Source of the DNA: Pseudomonadota bacterium
GTDB lineage: Bacteria; Campylobacterota; Campylobacteria; Campylobacterales; Sulfurimonadaceae
DNA: 64,000 nt
NCBI GenBank assembly: GCA_043797085.1
Contig: JAZDQA010000014.1
Span: 1-64,000, forward strand
Direction: 5' to 3'
A model generated the notes under the pieces. It did not search any database, had not been told where the DNA came from, and was given only the letters and a program-made list of their open reading frames with translations. Both the position numbers and the translations under genes were made by a program. Positions 43,210 to 54,617 of the stretch are shown here, piece by piece. Within the stretch, counting starts at the first letter, position 1. Every line of letters starts with the position of its first letter.

Positions 43210-44084
43210 ACAAAGCAGGATTTGTCGCCCTGATAGGACGACCCAATGCTGGTAAAAGTACCATGATGAACTGGATTCTAGGGGAAAAAATTGCTCTAGT
43301 AAGCCAAAAAGCCAATGCTACACGTAAGCGTTCGAATGCTATCGTTATGCACAATGACGATCAAATTATTTTTGTGGATACACCAGGGCTTCATCAAGCT
43401 GAAAAACTTCTCAATCAATACATGCTTGAAGAAGCACTCAAAGCCATTGGGGATTGTGATATAGTTGTTTACTTAGCTCCTGCATCGGATAAAACCAGTT
43501 ATTATGAAAAGTTTTTAGAAATCAATGGAGATAAGCGTAAGCATATTATCGTTTTGAGTAAAATTGATCAAATATCTCAAGCTGATTTACTTAAAAAAAT
43601 TGGCGAATATAATCAATATAGCGATAAATTTGAAGCACTCATACCAATGTCTGTGACTAAAAATGTGGGTAAAAATGACTTACTAAATACGATCGTCAAA
43701 TATTTAGATGAATCTCCCTATCTCTATGATCCTGAGAATATTACCACCGAAATGATACGTACAATCTATAAAGAATTCATTCGTGAAGCCATTTTTGATA
43801 ACATTAGCGACGAAATTCCCTACGAATCTGACGTTTTAATTGACAAGATTGATGAAGATTCCCCAACAGAACATATTCGAGCGACCATTATTGTCGAAAA
43901 AGAATCTCAAAAAGGGATTATTATTGGTAAAGGAGGTGTTGCCATTAAGCGCATCGGGAAAAATGCCCGTGAGAAAATTGAACGTCTTTCCTCTAAACCC
44001 GTTTACCTCGAACTTTTTGTATCGGTTAAAAAAGGGTGGACAACCGACAAAAAATTCTTAAGTGATTTAGGATATGAATGGTAA
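43206..44084 (+). CDS. era: GTPase Era
   Basis: [15 protein letters not shown] motif IIGKGG; GTG start overlaps the rplI stop. Confidence 0.96.
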   Translation: MNKAGFVALIGRPNAGKSTMMNWILGEKIALVSQKANATRKRSNAIVMHNDDQIIFVDTPGLHQAEKLLNQYMLEEALKAIGDCDIVVYLAPASDKTSYYEKFLEINGDKRKHIIVLSKIDQISQADLLKKIGEYNQYSDKFEALIPMSVTKNVGKNDLLNTIVKYLDESPYLYDPENITTEMIRTIYKEFIREAIFDNISDEIPYESDVLIDKIDEDSPTEHIRATIIVEKESQKGIIIGKGGVAIKRIGKNAREKIERLSSKPVYLELFVSVKKGWTTDKKFLSDLGYEW

Positions 44085-45049
44085 AAAAACTTTTATTACT
44101 TCCCCTTTTCATAAACTCTCTTGTTGCAGGGGAGGTAATGGATCTTTATCGCAGCGGAGGAATGAATGCTATTGCCAAAGAGATCGACCACGGACTTGGT
44201 GATTCAAGTTTTTGGCATTCAAAAATTTCAAATAAAGATCTCAAATTTGGCTATTATGAAGCCACAGATACCCTGCTTGTATGCGAAAAAGATCAACCAA
44301 GTTTAAGTTTATATCGTAAAGAAAATAAAGGGAAACAAGAACGCTTTGCCCTTTTAAAAACCATTCCGGCATTTACAGGAAAATATGATGGAGATAAACT
44401 AAGCGCCGGAGATCGCCGTACCCCTATTGGAATTTATTCTCTGACCCAAAAGCTATCCACCGTAGACCCTTTTTATGGACCAATGGCATTTGTCACATCT
44501 TATCCCAATTTATATGATCGTATTCGAGGAAAAAGCGGCGACGGTATTTGGATACATGGGCAACCGGCCTCCGGTGATCGAGATAATTTTACAAAAGGGT
44601 GTATTGTTATTGATAACAATGAATTAAGCAATCTTGATCAAAAAATTGATTATAAAAACACACTTCTAGTTATTGATACCAAACCTAAAGAAAATTTAAA
44701 CGTCCCCTACGCAACAATCATCGCGCAGCTCTACCAATGGCGATATGCATGGAAATATAATGATTTTCAGACCTATCTCTCTTTTTACGACACTACTTTT
44801 ATCCGTCATGACGGAATGGAATATTACGATTTTAAAAATTATAAACAGCGTATTTTTGACAAAAAAGAGTTAAAAGAGATTCTTCTCTCCAATCTCAATA
44901 TTATCCCTTATCCAGGTGACCGACAAAATCTTTTTATGGTCACGTTTGATGAAATTTATACCAGCAACAATTATACGTTCAGCGGACCAAAAACTTTAAT
45001 GCTCCTCCTTAACACCGATAAATCTATTTCTATTCTTTCTGAGCTTTAA
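44078..45049 (+). CDS. L,D-transpeptidase-fold peptidoglycan carboxypeptidase (Csd6/Pgp2-like)
   Basis: GD.RTP.G.Y, YPN.YD, GIWIHG...TKGC, C-terminal NTF2-like W..AW domain. Confidence 0.88.
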   Translation: MVKKLLLLPLFINSLVAGEVMDLYRSGGMNAIAKEIDHGLGDSSFWHSKISNKDLKFGYYEATDTLLVCEKDQPSLSLYRKENKGKQERFALLKTIPAFTGKYDGDKLSAGDRRTPIGIYSLTQKLSTVDPFYGPMAFVTSYPNLYDRIRGKSGDGIWIHGQPASGDRDNFTKGCIVIDNNELSNLDQKIDYKNTLLVIDTKPKENLNVPYATIIAQLYQWRYAWKYNDFQTYLSFYDTTFIRHDGMEYYDFKNYKQRIFDKKELKEILLSNLNIIPYPGDRQNLFMVTFDEIYTSNNYTFSGPKTLMLLLNTDKSISILSEL

Positions 45050-45050
45050 T

Positions 45051-46349
45051 ATGAAAATAATCGTATTTCTTCTTTTTGTAACATTTTCATACGCTCTTCC
45101 TTTTTCATTTATAAAACACGAAACATCCAAAAATGACGGACCGACATTATTAGTTATAGGCGGTATTCATGGAAATGAGCCGGGAAGTTATTTTGCCGCT
45201 TCCATCCTTTCTCAATACTACACTATTAGTAAAGGAAATCTTTGGATTGTACCTAATCTAAATGCTCTTAGCATTGCAATGAACAGTCGTGGTATTCATG
45301 GGGATATGAATCGAAAATTTGCCGATATCAATGCAACCGATCCTGATATTAAAATCGTTAAAGAGATCCAAAAAATCATAACGGATCCCAAAGTCGATCT
45401 TATTTTAAATTTACACGATGGTCATGGTTTTTATCGAAAGGAATATCAAAATACTATTTTTAATCCTAGTGCATGGGGGCAAACGTGTGTTATAGATCAA
45501 GAAGCACTCGATGGAGATCACCCGTATAAAAATTTAGACAAAATTGCGTTAGCCGTTCAGCAAGAAGTCAATGACGGTCTCATCGAAAACCATCACTGTT
45601 TTGCCATACGTAACACTAACACCCGTTTTGATGATGAAGCGATGAAGCACTCTCTCACTTTTTTTGCTATTAATCAAAATAAACCGGCATTTGCCATCGA
45701 AACCAGTAAAAACCTTCCTACCCTCAATGAAAAAGTCTTTTATCAATTACGCGCAATTGAGGGTTATATGCGTTATATGGGGATTGAATATACGCGATCT
45801 TTCGATTTAAGCAGTGAAAATCTTAAAAGTATCCTAAAATATGATGGAAATGTTACAATTAATAACACAACAGCACTGAATTTTGAAAACTTAAGAAATG
45901 AATTAAGTTTCATTCCGTTACAATCAGAGAGTAATGAATTTAAATTTTCCCATCCGTTGGGATTTGTAGTACAAAAAAGTAATAAGTATGATCTTTATAT
46001 TGGGAATAGAAAGACAAGTTCACTAACACCAAGTTTCCATGAAACAAGTATGCATGATGAAAATGTTACAATTGAAGTTGATAACAATCAAAGAATCATC
46101 ACTTTTGCTACAGAATTTTTAGTAACTGCCGATTTTAAGGTTATACTTCATAATAAAGATATTCGAGTGAATATAATTGGTTATTCACCTAAAAAAGGGA
46201 CGGATGAAGCTAACATGCGTGTTAGCATGAAAGATTTAGATCCTAAATATTCACTCGATCGAGACCATCAGGTTTATCGAGTTGAGTTTTATAGAGGCAA
46301 CCGTTTTTGTGGGATGATTCTCGCACATTTTAAACAGGACACGAAATGA
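45051..46349 (+). CDS. M14/M99 D,L-carboxypeptidase (Csd4/Pgp1-like)
   Basis: GIHGNEPG, DMNRKF, LHDG.G, AIETSK. Confidence 0.88.
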   Translation: MKIIVFLLFVTFSYALPFSFIKHETSKNDGPTLLVIGGIHGNEPGSYFAASILSQYYTISKGNLWIVPNLNALSIAMNSRGIHGDMNRKFADINATDPDIKIVKEIQKIITDPKVDLILNLHDGHGFYRKEYQNTIFNPSAWGQTCVIDQEALDGDHPYKNLDKIALAVQQEVNDGLIENHHCFAIRNTNTRFDDEAMKHSLTFFAINQNKPAFAIETSKNLPTLNEKVFYQLRAIEGYMRYMGIEYTRSFDLSSENLKSILKYDGNVTINNTTALNFENLRNELSFIPLQSESNEFKFSHPLGFVVQKSNKYDLYIGNRKTSSLTPSFHETSMHDENVTIEVDNNQRIITFATEFLVTADFKVILHNKDIRVNIIGYSPKKGTDEANMRVSMKDLDPKYSLDRDHQVYRVEFYRGNRFCGMILAHFKQDTK

Positions 46350-47893
46350 GCATACAAAATACATTTTCCACCATCCTATCTGCCAACCCATACCGAAAAG
46401 ATTTTTATCTTAGTACGCTTAATAGCATCACGGATATAGCATCACCTTCCTTTTCAAAAGAGCAGTATGCTATTTCTTTTTTAAATACAAAAAGTTTTAT
46501 CTCAGCACTTGTCGGGATAAGTAAAAATGTCCCCGATGATGACATATATGATGCTTTAGAAAATAAGGTCTACGAAGAGCTTGCTTTGGATATGGCAGTA
46601 GAATATCAAATTCAATACGTTGAAGCTCTCAATCGTATTAGTGAAAATGAAAGATTTTTTCATGTTTTCGTGGTTGATCCTCTTTTATTAGAACAAGAGT
46701 TTGCACCCATTATTGATGCCATAAAGTACATTGATCAAATTGTACCAGTGGCATTATTGCTTAAATCTTTATATGTTAAAGATTTTATTGAATCCAATGG
46801 TGCTCACGGATTTATCTATTTTCAAGAAAATGATGCTTTTTTTGCTGTTTACAATGAACAAGAATTTATTTATACAAAATCACTAAAATACTCCCTTAAA
46901 CAAATGCATGAACGTTTTTGTGAATTACTGGGCGAACCGATTGATCTAATTACTTTTCAAAATATTCTTGCATCTCAAGGATTTAATGCCAATAATCCTG
47001 AATATCAAAAGAATTTTCTCAAACTTTTTGGCGAAATTTTTCTTCATATTAATGATGTCATTACCTACTCAAAACGAGCTTTCGAAATAAAACAATTTGA
47101 ATCAATTTATATTGGGGCATCTGTAGGCTATATCAGCGGCTTAGATGAATATGCCCAAACCTATCTTGGTCTAAAAGCACACCCATTTGACTTTGATTTT
47201 GGATTCAACACAGGGGAAAAGAATGTTGATCAAATTCATCAACTTATGCATTTGTATGCCCGACTTGAATCAAATGAGCGCTATGAGTGTAATTTTACCA
47301 TTTTTCACAGACCTCCCCCATTTGCAAAACGTGATAGTGGAAAACTTATCCTTGTTACAGCAGCAGCATTAGCTATAGCACTCTTTTACCCTGGAACGTA
47401 TTGGGGACTTTCTTATGTTGAAGAATTTCATTATGCACTTATGAGTCAAGAATACGAACAAGTACATATTGATAAGACAACACGTGAAGCTACCGTAAAT
47501 CTCAAACTTGCCACTAAGAATACAGCTCAAGGTCATCTTGATGAGCAAAAGAGTTCTTATAAACAAAAACAAGACACTCTGATCCAAGTTCATGATAAAA
47601 AAGTAAATTATCCCATGAAAGCAAAAATTGTTGCTGACTTTTCCCGTAGTTTTAATCAATATAGGGTTAAATTAAATTCATTGGGATACACTGAGACAAC
47701 CAATGAAGAAAACAATATTTCAAGTAAATTTTTTAGCTTTATGCTTACGGCTAAAAATACACAAGATATTACGGCTCTGCTAAAACATTTAACTGCAACC
47801 AAAAAAGATACCTATGATTTTGATTTAAAATTAATCTCGTATGATGGTAATAATACAGGCTACCTCAGTGAACTCAAGGCGGTACTCAAATGA
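46346..47893 (+). CDS. PilM/PilN-like (GspL-like) assembly protein
   Basis: Large cytoplasmic region, one TM near residue 335, coiled coil; first gene of the filament cluster (inferred from topology and position). Confidence 0.55.
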   Translation: MSIQNTFSTILSANPYRKDFYLSTLNSITDIASPSFSKEQYAISFLNTKSFISALVGISKNVPDDDIYDALENKVYEELALDMAVEYQIQYVEALNRISENERFFHVFVVDPLLLEQEFAPIIDAIKYIDQIVPVALLLKSLYVKDFIESNGAHGFIYFQENDAFFAVYNEQEFIYTKSLKYSLKQMHERFCELLGEPIDLITFQNILASQGFNANNPEYQKNFLKLFGEIFLHINDVITYSKRAFEIKQFESIYIGASVGYISGLDEYAQTYLGLKAHPFDFDFGFNTGEKNVDQIHQLMHLYARLESNERYECNFTIFHRPPPFAKRDSGKLILVTAAALAIALFYPGTYWGLSYVEEFHYALMSQEYEQVHIDKTTREATVNLKLATKNTAQGHLDEQKSSYKQKQDTLIQVHDKKVNYPMKAKIVADFSRSFNQYRVKLNSLGYTETTNEENNISSKFFSFMLTAKNTQDITALLKHLTATKKDTYDFDLKLISYDGNNTGYLSELKAVLK

Positions 47894-48525
47894 CATTAAA
47901 TATCGAAAATTATCTTTACAATCTTGATCGTACCCTTTCACTGAAAAGTGATCGTGACAAAATGATGCTTTTTGGAATGATTTTTGCCGGTCTTTTTACT
48001 TTTTCTTATCTTTTATTTTGGGAAAGTGCAGAGGCAGATTTTAAAGCATCACATGAAAAAGCAGTTGCTATGGAAAGTGATTTAAATAACGATAAGCAGT
48101 ATTTAGAGAGCAATCCGCCTGAGCGTATTACCCAAATTGAGCAAGAGACAAAAGCCATTGAATTAGAATATCAACACTATATTCAATATAATACTTACAT
48201 CAAAGACAGATTAGAACAAATTTCTTCACTCTATTATGACGAAGTTATTTGGGGAGCTTATTTAGATTCTATTTCTAAATATGCAAAAGCCCATAATGTT
48301 AAATTAACTCGATTTGGTAATACTCTGACTACTGACAACGGTTCTTTTGGGCACGTTTTGGATATTTCTATTTCTACTGATGCACCATTCAAAAATACAC
48401 TCAAGTTTATCAATGCACTCGAACAGAGTACTCTTGTTGTTGATTTACATGATTTAAATATGACAGCGGATAAAAAACTAAAAAGTGAGCTTAATATTTC
48501 AGTATGGGGGATTGTACGACAATGA
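47890..48525 (+). CDS. PilO/GspM-like protein
   Basis: N-terminal TM, coiled coil, F.N.L.FI..LE motif; position. Confidence 0.65.
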   Translation: MTLNIENYLYNLDRTLSLKSDRDKMMLFGMIFAGLFTFSYLLFWESAEADFKASHEKAVAMESDLNNDKQYLESNPPERITQIEQETKAIELEYQHYIQYNTYIKDRLEQISSLYYDEVIWGAYLDSISKYAKAHNVKLTRFGNTLTTDNGSFGHVLDISISTDAPFKNTLKFINALEQSTLVVDLHDLNMTADKKLKSELNISVWGIVRQ

Positions 48526-49049
48526 AGACTTTTGCATTAATGCCCCTCATTATTTCTATAACACTGTGTGCCAATAATGATATTAACTCGCCAATGGTAC
48601 TGCCAAATACTGAAAATGTAACAGTTTTGCAACCACAAAATGACAAAGAATTACTTTGGGTAGATGAACAAATCAAAGCAATTGTCCCTTCTCGCGTTGG
48701 AATTTCCGATGGCTTTATAAATTCTCTCCATGATCCTATCAAGTATATAACTCCTGTTCGCCTACCTGGTATTAGCAATGGGTCAACACTTCTTGCCCCA
48801 CCAAAATTGGGAAGTATGTCACTTCTTCCTACTATACCAAAAGTCCTAGTAGAACCATTACGATTGCAGGCCCTTATGAATAAGTCAGCCCTTATCAATG
48901 GCAAATGGTACAAACTAAACGATACGGTACGAAGCTACAGCTTAATTGAAATAAAGCAGAACTCCGTCTTATTAAGTGGTGGAAAAAATCAGCCTTTGAT
49001 TTTATTCCTTCGTAAATCCAATAACAACATCACCATAAATACAAAATAG
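48522..49049 (+). CDS. Exported PilP/MshK-like cluster protein
   Basis: L.LQALMNK.ALING.W...D.V motif; precedes the secretin; start at MKTFAL. Confidence 0.55.
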   Translation: MKTFALMPLIISITLCANNDINSPMVLPNTENVTVLQPQNDKELLWVDEQIKAIVPSRVGISDGFINSLHDPIKYITPVRLPGISNGSTLLAPPKLGSMSLLPTIPKVLVEPLRLQALMNKSALINGKWYKLNDTVRSYSLIEIKQNSVLLSGGKNQPLILFLRKSNNNITINTK

Positions 49050-49058
49050 GATAGCAAC

Positions 49059-50801
49059 ATGAAATTAGTATTTAAACCCACTACGCGAGCACTCTTATTA
49101 TCTGTAACAACAGCAGCACTGCTTGCGACTCCAATGAGTGCAGACTGTACGTATGAACTCTTTAACATAGCCTCGGTCAAAGGAACTAGTGTCGGTGAAT
49201 TCATTGACCAAATTAGTGATGAATGCGGGATGAGTGTTATTGTCGCGGATTCTGAGGCTGAAAACATTCTCAAAAAACAGATGAATAAAACGTATCTAAA
49301 AAATCTGACCATCAATGAAGTATTGGATCTTATCATCAAAGAAAATGATTTACAATACACACTGCAAGATAACGTTTTAAAAATCACTTACCTTACTACT
49401 AAAACATACAATATCGACTATATAACGACAGAGCGTAAAGGAACAGGCAGTACCAACATCCGGTTAAGCTCAAATTCAGGTACTTCAGCAGGTGCTGGAA
49501 CAACCGGAACAACTTCTTCGACAAATTCACCAAGCAATAGTGCATCCTCGGAATCTGGAACAAATATCACAACAGTGGATGAAGTGAAATTTTGGGAAAC
49601 ATTAGAAAATGAGGTTAAAAGTATATTAAGTCGCCCCGAAGATCAATACAAACAAGCGAAGTCAACCCCTAGCTTAGATTCAAAAGATAAAACAGCAGAG
49701 GAAGACGACCGGCATAATATTTTTATTAATAAAAATGCTGGATTAATAACAGTTACCGGTACGGGTAAACAAATTAAACGTCTTGATACGTATATCAGCG
49801 ATCTTGAGAAAAAAATGCAAACTCAAGTCATGATTGATGTTAAAATGTACAGTGTTGTATTTAATGATGGATCAACAACAGGTATTGATTGGTCGCAGAT
49901 CTATAACCTTCAAAACTTTAAACTCGGGTTCGATAAAGCCAACCGAACCAATGTTGAAGGAAACACTTTTTCTACTGCTTACGAGGGTGATAAAGTACAA
50001 GTAACGGCGATAACAGGAGGAACACCTGCTGCTCCAACGTACGGGTTAATGGATCTTGCCGGTGTACGGGCTCCCGTGGATGCCATGTCAAAGCTTTTCA
50101 CTCTCAGCAACAGTATCAGCATTAACAATCTCCTCATGTTTCTGAAAACGCAAGGAGATGTTTATGCAATTTCAAATCCGAAAATCATGACACTAAATAA
50201 TCAGCCTGCACTTATTACTGCAGGGACAGAATTATTTTATAAAACCTTAACTACTTCAACGCTAGCCGGCGGATCAACAGGAACACAGTCTTCAACTGAG
50301 GTAGTCAGCTCAGTATTTTCAGGTGTTCTTCTAGATATTACTCCTGAAATCTCAAAAGACGGGACGATCACCTTACGTATTAACCCGTCTGTTTCTGAAA
50401 CAGCCAGTGCACTATCAGCTGACAATTCATTGCGTACCATGCCACCCGATTTAAGTCGTCGCCAAATATCCTCAGTCGTATCCGTACAAGATGGCAGTCG
50501 TATTGTTCTGGGTGGCTTGATTAACCGGAAATCAACCAATAATATTACTAAAGTACCTTTTCTTGGGGATATTCCTGTTTTAGGCTACTTGTTTAAACAA
50601 GAAGGAATCAGTGAAAAAGTTGAAGAACTTGTTATTATTATTGAACCCCATATTGTTAAAAAAGATGGTTCGAATGTAGGGCTTTCTGACTTAGGCTACA
50701 GTCGTTTAGCCCCTGCAATGGAAAAAGATCAGATAAAGCAAGCTGTACTAGTCAAAACAGATAAAAGAGACATTAAAGAAATGAAAGAGGATACTAAATA
50801 A
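49059..50801 (+). CDS. Secretin (MshL/CtsD/GspD-like)
   Basis: GIDW, SNPKI.TLNNQPA.I..G, LGGLI, KVPFLGDIP.LGYLF, ELVIIIEP. Confidence 0.92.
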   Translation: MKLVFKPTTRALLLSVTTAALLATPMSADCTYELFNIASVKGTSVGEFIDQISDECGMSVIVADSEAENILKKQMNKTYLKNLTINEVLDLIIKENDLQYTLQDNVLKITYLTTKTYNIDYITTERKGTGSTNIRLSSNSGTSAGAGTTGTTSSTNSPSNSASSESGTNITTVDEVKFWETLENEVKSILSRPEDQYKQAKSTPSLDSKDKTAEEDDRHNIFINKNAGLITVTGTGKQIKRLDTYISDLEKKMQTQVMIDVKMYSVVFNDGSTTGIDWSQIYNLQNFKLGFDKANRTNVEGNTFSTAYEGDKVQVTAITGGTPAAPTYGLMDLAGVRAPVDAMSKLFTLSNSISINNLLMFLKTQGDVYAISNPKIMTLNNQPALITAGTELFYKTLTTSTLAGGSTGTQSSTEVVSSVFSGVLLDITPEISKDGTITLRINPSVSETASALSADNSLRTMPPDLSRRQISSVVSVQDGSRIVLGGLINRKSTNNITKVPFLGDIPVLGYLFKQEGISEKVEELVIIIEPHIVKKDGSNVGLSDLGYSRLAPAMEKDQIKQAVLVKTDKRDIKEMKEDTK

Positions 50802-50804
50802 CGG

Positions 50805-51614
50805 ATGGAACATTCGCTGTTTATAAAGCCAAAAGAGCTATTTATAGATATAGTTAATCCTCGTGACTATGTTCAAATCGACAGCGTTTCACATATGTAT
50901 CAAAATTTAAAATCTTCAGTGCAAAAGCCACTTAAAATGATTTTACTTTATGGAAGACCCGGAACCGGTAAAAGCATGTTATTGCACAAACTTCATCATG
51001 ACCTTTCAAAACATCAGAAAGTTTTTATGGTGGACATACCTATTATTGATGAAAGTGATTTTTTACGTGTTCTTGCTCAAAAAATTTATGGATATGTAAA
51101 CAGAGAAGCAATTACTCTTACCACTTTCTTAGAACTTGCAAGTGCGATTAACTATCCGCAAACTCCTATTGTTTTACTTGACGAAGCACAACTCTACAGT
51201 TCTGCTTTAATGGAAAAAATTCGACTTATTTCTGATGCACGAGCATTAAAATTTGTTATTACCCTTCATAAAACGGATGATGAGGACATTATTGCTAAAG
51301 AACATTTTCAAACACGTATCTGGGAGAGCATTGAGCTACAAAATGCTTCACCTGAAGAACTTAAAATTTATATTCAAAAAAAATTGCTTAAATCAAATTG
51401 CTTTGACGTCGCCAACATGATAAATGATAAAAATATTAAAATAATTAGTAAACTAACCAAAGGTAATTATCGTGATGCCAACAAACTCATGTTCTCTCTC
51501 TTTTCTCTTTATGCATGGTTTGAAGAGCATCAGCCCAGTAAAATAAATTATACTTCACTTAGACCAAAATACATAGAAATGGCTGCCATTCACACAGGTC
51601 TTATACGTGCTTAA
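50805..51614 (+). CDS. ExeA/MshM/CtsP-like ATPase
   Basis: GRPGTGKS, LLDEAQ, T.GN.R..NKL. Confidence 0.82.
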   Translation: MEHSLFIKPKELFIDIVNPRDYVQIDSVSHMYQNLKSSVQKPLKMILLYGRPGTGKSMLLHKLHHDLSKHQKVFMVDIPIIDESDFLRVLAQKIYGYVNREAITLTTFLELASAINYPQTPIVLLDEAQLYSSALMEKIRLISDARALKFVITLHKTDDEDIIAKEHFQTRIWESIELQNASPEELKIYIQKKLLKSNCFDVANMINDKNIKIISKLTKGNYRDANKLMFSLFSLYAWFEEHQPSKINYTSLRPKYIEMAAIHTGLIRA

Positions 51615-52329
51615 TATACCTTCACTAGAACGCCGATGGCTTAAATACAAACTAAAACAATCTCTTCCCTACATAGCATTCGCTATCACGGCTTTAATTC
51701 TATGCGTCACTATCATTATAATTTTAAAGGCAGATACTGCGATTTCTACACAGAGTGTCAAAGAACTGGCTACCATAAAAACACCCCCTATTTATGAATC
51801 TCCTATGCTTCTTGAGCCTTCTATGCAGTTTGTACAATCGCTTCCAGCTCCAGTACCGGATACTGTACCGTCAAATCCTATAAAAATCATCCCTGAGATA
51901 GTCGCACCAAAAAAATCAGTATCCAAAATCCCAATATCTCAGACTAAGCCGCTGCTAGCATCACCGTCCATAATACCGATAGTCGTTGCTTCAGCCAAAA
52001 AAACTTCTACGATTAATCGAGATACAGCAGCCTTTGATATTCATGAAATCGAGGAGCGTTTTCAAAACAATTCTAATCCTCATCTAGGACTTTACATCGC
52101 GCGCTACCATTATGATCACGGTAATTACAATGAAGCTTATAATTACTCTTTAAAAACCAACGCGATTAACAATACCATTGAAGAAAGTTGGTTAATCTTT
52201 GCAAAATCAATGGCAAAACTTGGAAAAACTGACCAAGCTAAAAAAACTCTTCAGCTTTATATTTCACAATCAAATTCTGATGCTGCGAAAAGCTTACTGG
52301 ATTCATTGGATAAAGGCGGGTCTAAATGA
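51607..52329 (+). CDS. Membrane-anchored TPR protein (CtsX/MshN-like)
   Basis: N-terminal TM, Pro-rich linker, C-terminal TPR (E.SW.IFAK...KLG...A...L). Confidence 0.6.
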   Translation: MLNIPSLERRWLKYKLKQSLPYIAFAITALILCVTIIIILKADTAISTQSVKELATIKTPPIYESPMLLEPSMQFVQSLPAPVPDTVPSNPIKIIPEIVAPKKSVSKIPISQTKPLLASPSIIPIVVASAKKTSTINRDTAAFDIHEIEERFQNNSNPHLGLYIARYHYDHGNYNEAYNYSLKTNAINNTIEESWLIFAKSMAKLGKTDQAKKTLQLYISQSNSDAAKSLLDSLDKGGSK

Positions 52330-52868
52330 AACTATTTTTACTTATGCTATTTATGCTTTTAAATATTTTGAATGCAGACACAGCCGCTAAGATGTATCAG
52401 TTGTATGAAAAGGGAGAATATATTGCATCCTGCAATCTTGGTCTGCAACATTTTAAAGAATTTGAATCCAATGAAAACTACGTCTCTCTTTATGCTTTTT
52501 CGTGTCTGAAAGCCGATCAAATAGATCGTTTAAATACGCCGCTAATGAGACTAAGCCAAAGCATTGAAGCGCGTGCCAATGCTTCGTATTTTTCGATGTT
52601 GGTGATGCAAAAAAAACTGCTTGTTCAAGCTTTGTATGATAATTTATCCCTCAAATCACTTAAATTTCCTACCAGTTCTCATCTTCTTTCTAAAATTTTC
52701 ACTCTTTACTGTAATAATCCTCAGACAGAAAATACCATTAAAGTATACAGTGATTTAGCGAATAATCGTATTACCTACAAACTGTATCCAATTCTATCAA
52801 ATGGTCGAAAAACGATTGCTATTGATGAATACTATGATAAAATATTAACATTGCACCACGTGTACTAA
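52326..52868 (+). CDS. Exported hypothetical protein
   Basis: Signal peptide, ATGA coupling, helical repeat-like N-terminus. Confidence 0.7.
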   Translation: MKLFLLMLFMLLNILNADTAAKMYQLYEKGEYIASCNLGLQHFKEFESNENYVSLYAFSCLKADQIDRLNTPLMRLSQSIEARANASYFSMLVMQKKLLVQALYDNLSLKSLKFPTSSHLLSKIFTLYCNNPQTENTIKVYSDLANNRITYKLYPILSNGRKTIAIDEYYDKILTLHHVY

Positions 52869-52880
52869 GGAATAAATTAT

Positions 52881-54617
52881 ATGGACCGCATTACAAACGA
52901 TTTATTAGAAAAACGCCATATCACTCAACAGCAGATTGATCGTCTTCTCTCAAGAGGTGTTCAAAATGAGACTATTTTAGAAACTTTAACAAAAGTGGGT
53001 GCTGTTTCTCTTAACTTTGTTAAACGCTTTGTTGTTGAGCAAATACGATTAGGGGTTTATGAGCTCTCCGTCATTAAAAATTATCATTTTTTGGATGAAT
53101 CTTCCATCCTAACGTATTTAGCTGAAGTTCTTGAGCTCCCGTTTCTTGATTTGGATTCCATCGATATGGATTATAAATTAATGGAAAAAATCCCTACCGT
53201 ACAACTCAAACGTTACAATGCATTACCTATTTCTCAAGATGATATGTACGTTCTTATTGCCTTTGCCGATCCACTCAATATTGAAGCACAAGAATCCCTG
53301 CAACGTCTTTTTCCTCGCAAATCATTAAAAGTCGGTATTGCTACGGAAAAACAAATTCAAGCCTATCTCTTTAAAATTGAGCTAAAAGACAGCGTTAAAG
53401 AGTTAGTTAATAATATTCGCAATGAATTGCGCAATATTGGAACGATTGAAGAACAACAAGAAGCATCTTCTATCTTGCAATTAATTGATGTTATCTTAAA
53501 AGCGTGTATCAAAGGTCGTGCAAGTGATATTCATATTGAACCAACTGAGAAAAACTGTGTCGTTCGCGGGCGAATTGATGGTAAATTAACAGAAATATTT
53601 ATTTTTGACCGTGACATCTATCCCCCTCTTGCTTCAAGGGTGAAGTTATTAGCGAATCTCGATATTGCTGAGCGACGAAAACCACAAGATGGACGTTTTT
53701 CCGCCATTGTTATGGAAGCGGAATTTGATTTTCGTATTTCTACATTACCTATTCTCTATGGTGAATCAATTGTTATGCGTATTTTGGATAAAACCAAAGC
53801 CCTTGTAAAGCTCGAAGAATCCGGGATGGATTCAGTGAGTTACCAAAAACTTATCAAATCACTTGAATCACCTTTTGGAATTATCCTTGTCACAGGACCT
53901 ACAGGAAGCGGTAAAACGACTACCCTCTATGGTGCACTCAATGAATTACGAAACGTTGAAGACAAGGTCATTACCGTTGAAGATCCTGTCGAATATCGAA
54001 TGAATCTAATCCAGCAAGTTCAAGTGAATGCAAAAGTAGGACTCTCGTTTGCCGATGCCCTACGATCTATACTTCGTCAAGACCCAGATAAAATTATGAT
54101 CGGAGAGATTCGTGACCACGAAACACTTGAAATCGCCATTAAAGCAGCTTTGACCGGTCACTTAGTTATTTCTACCCTTCATACCAATGATGCGATTAGT
54201 GCTATTCCACGTATGTCAGACATGGGAATCGAGCCCTATCTTATCAGCGGGGCACTGATGGCGATACAAGCACAACGTTTAGTGCGCAGAATATGTAAAT
54301 ATTGCAAAAAAGAAGCCGATATACCTTTACTTTTACGAGAAGAGTACAGTGCATATATACCTCATAACACTATTTTTTATGTAGGAGCCGGCTGTAAAGA
54401 ATGTAATGGTTCAGGATATATGGGGCGTGAAATGATCTGTGAGGTGTTACCTATATCAGAGGCATTATCCAGTCTTATCGCCCGAGGCGGATCAAAAGAT
54501 GAAATATTCAAACAAGCAAAAGAAGAAGGTTTTGTAGGGATGTTTGAAAATGGAATGGCCAAAGCAGTTCAAGGGGTAACAACCATAGATGAAATATTAA
54601 GGGTGGCAAAAGGATGA
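52881..54617 (+). CDS. Assembly ATPase GspE/PilB/CtsE
   Basis: ASDIHIEP, PQDGR, GPTGSGKT, LRQDPD, LHTN, CxxC...CxxC. Confidence 0.95.
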   Translation: MDRITNDLLEKRHITQQQIDRLLSRGVQNETILETLTKVGAVSLNFVKRFVVEQIRLGVYELSVIKNYHFLDESSILTYLAEVLELPFLDLDSIDMDYKLMEKIPTVQLKRYNALPISQDDMYVLIAFADPLNIEAQESLQRLFPRKSLKVGIATEKQIQAYLFKIELKDSVKELVNNIRNELRNIGTIEEQQEASSILQLIDVILKACIKGRASDIHIEPTEKNCVVRGRIDGKLTEIFIFDRDIYPPLASRVKLLANLDIAERRKPQDGRFSAIVMEAEFDFRISTLPILYGESIVMRILDKTKALVKLEESGMDSVSYQKLIKSLESPFGIILVTGPTGSGKTTTLYGALNELRNVEDKVITVEDPVEYRMNLIQQVQVNAKVGLSFADALRSILRQDPDKIMIGEIRDHETLEIAIKAALTGHLVISTLHTNDAISAIPRMSDMGIEPYLISGALMAIQAQRLVRRICKYCKKEADIPLLLREEYSAYIPHNTIFYVGAGCKECNGSGYMGREMICEVLPISEALSSLIARGGSKDEIFKQAKEEGFVGMFENGMAKAVQGVTTIDEILRVAKG

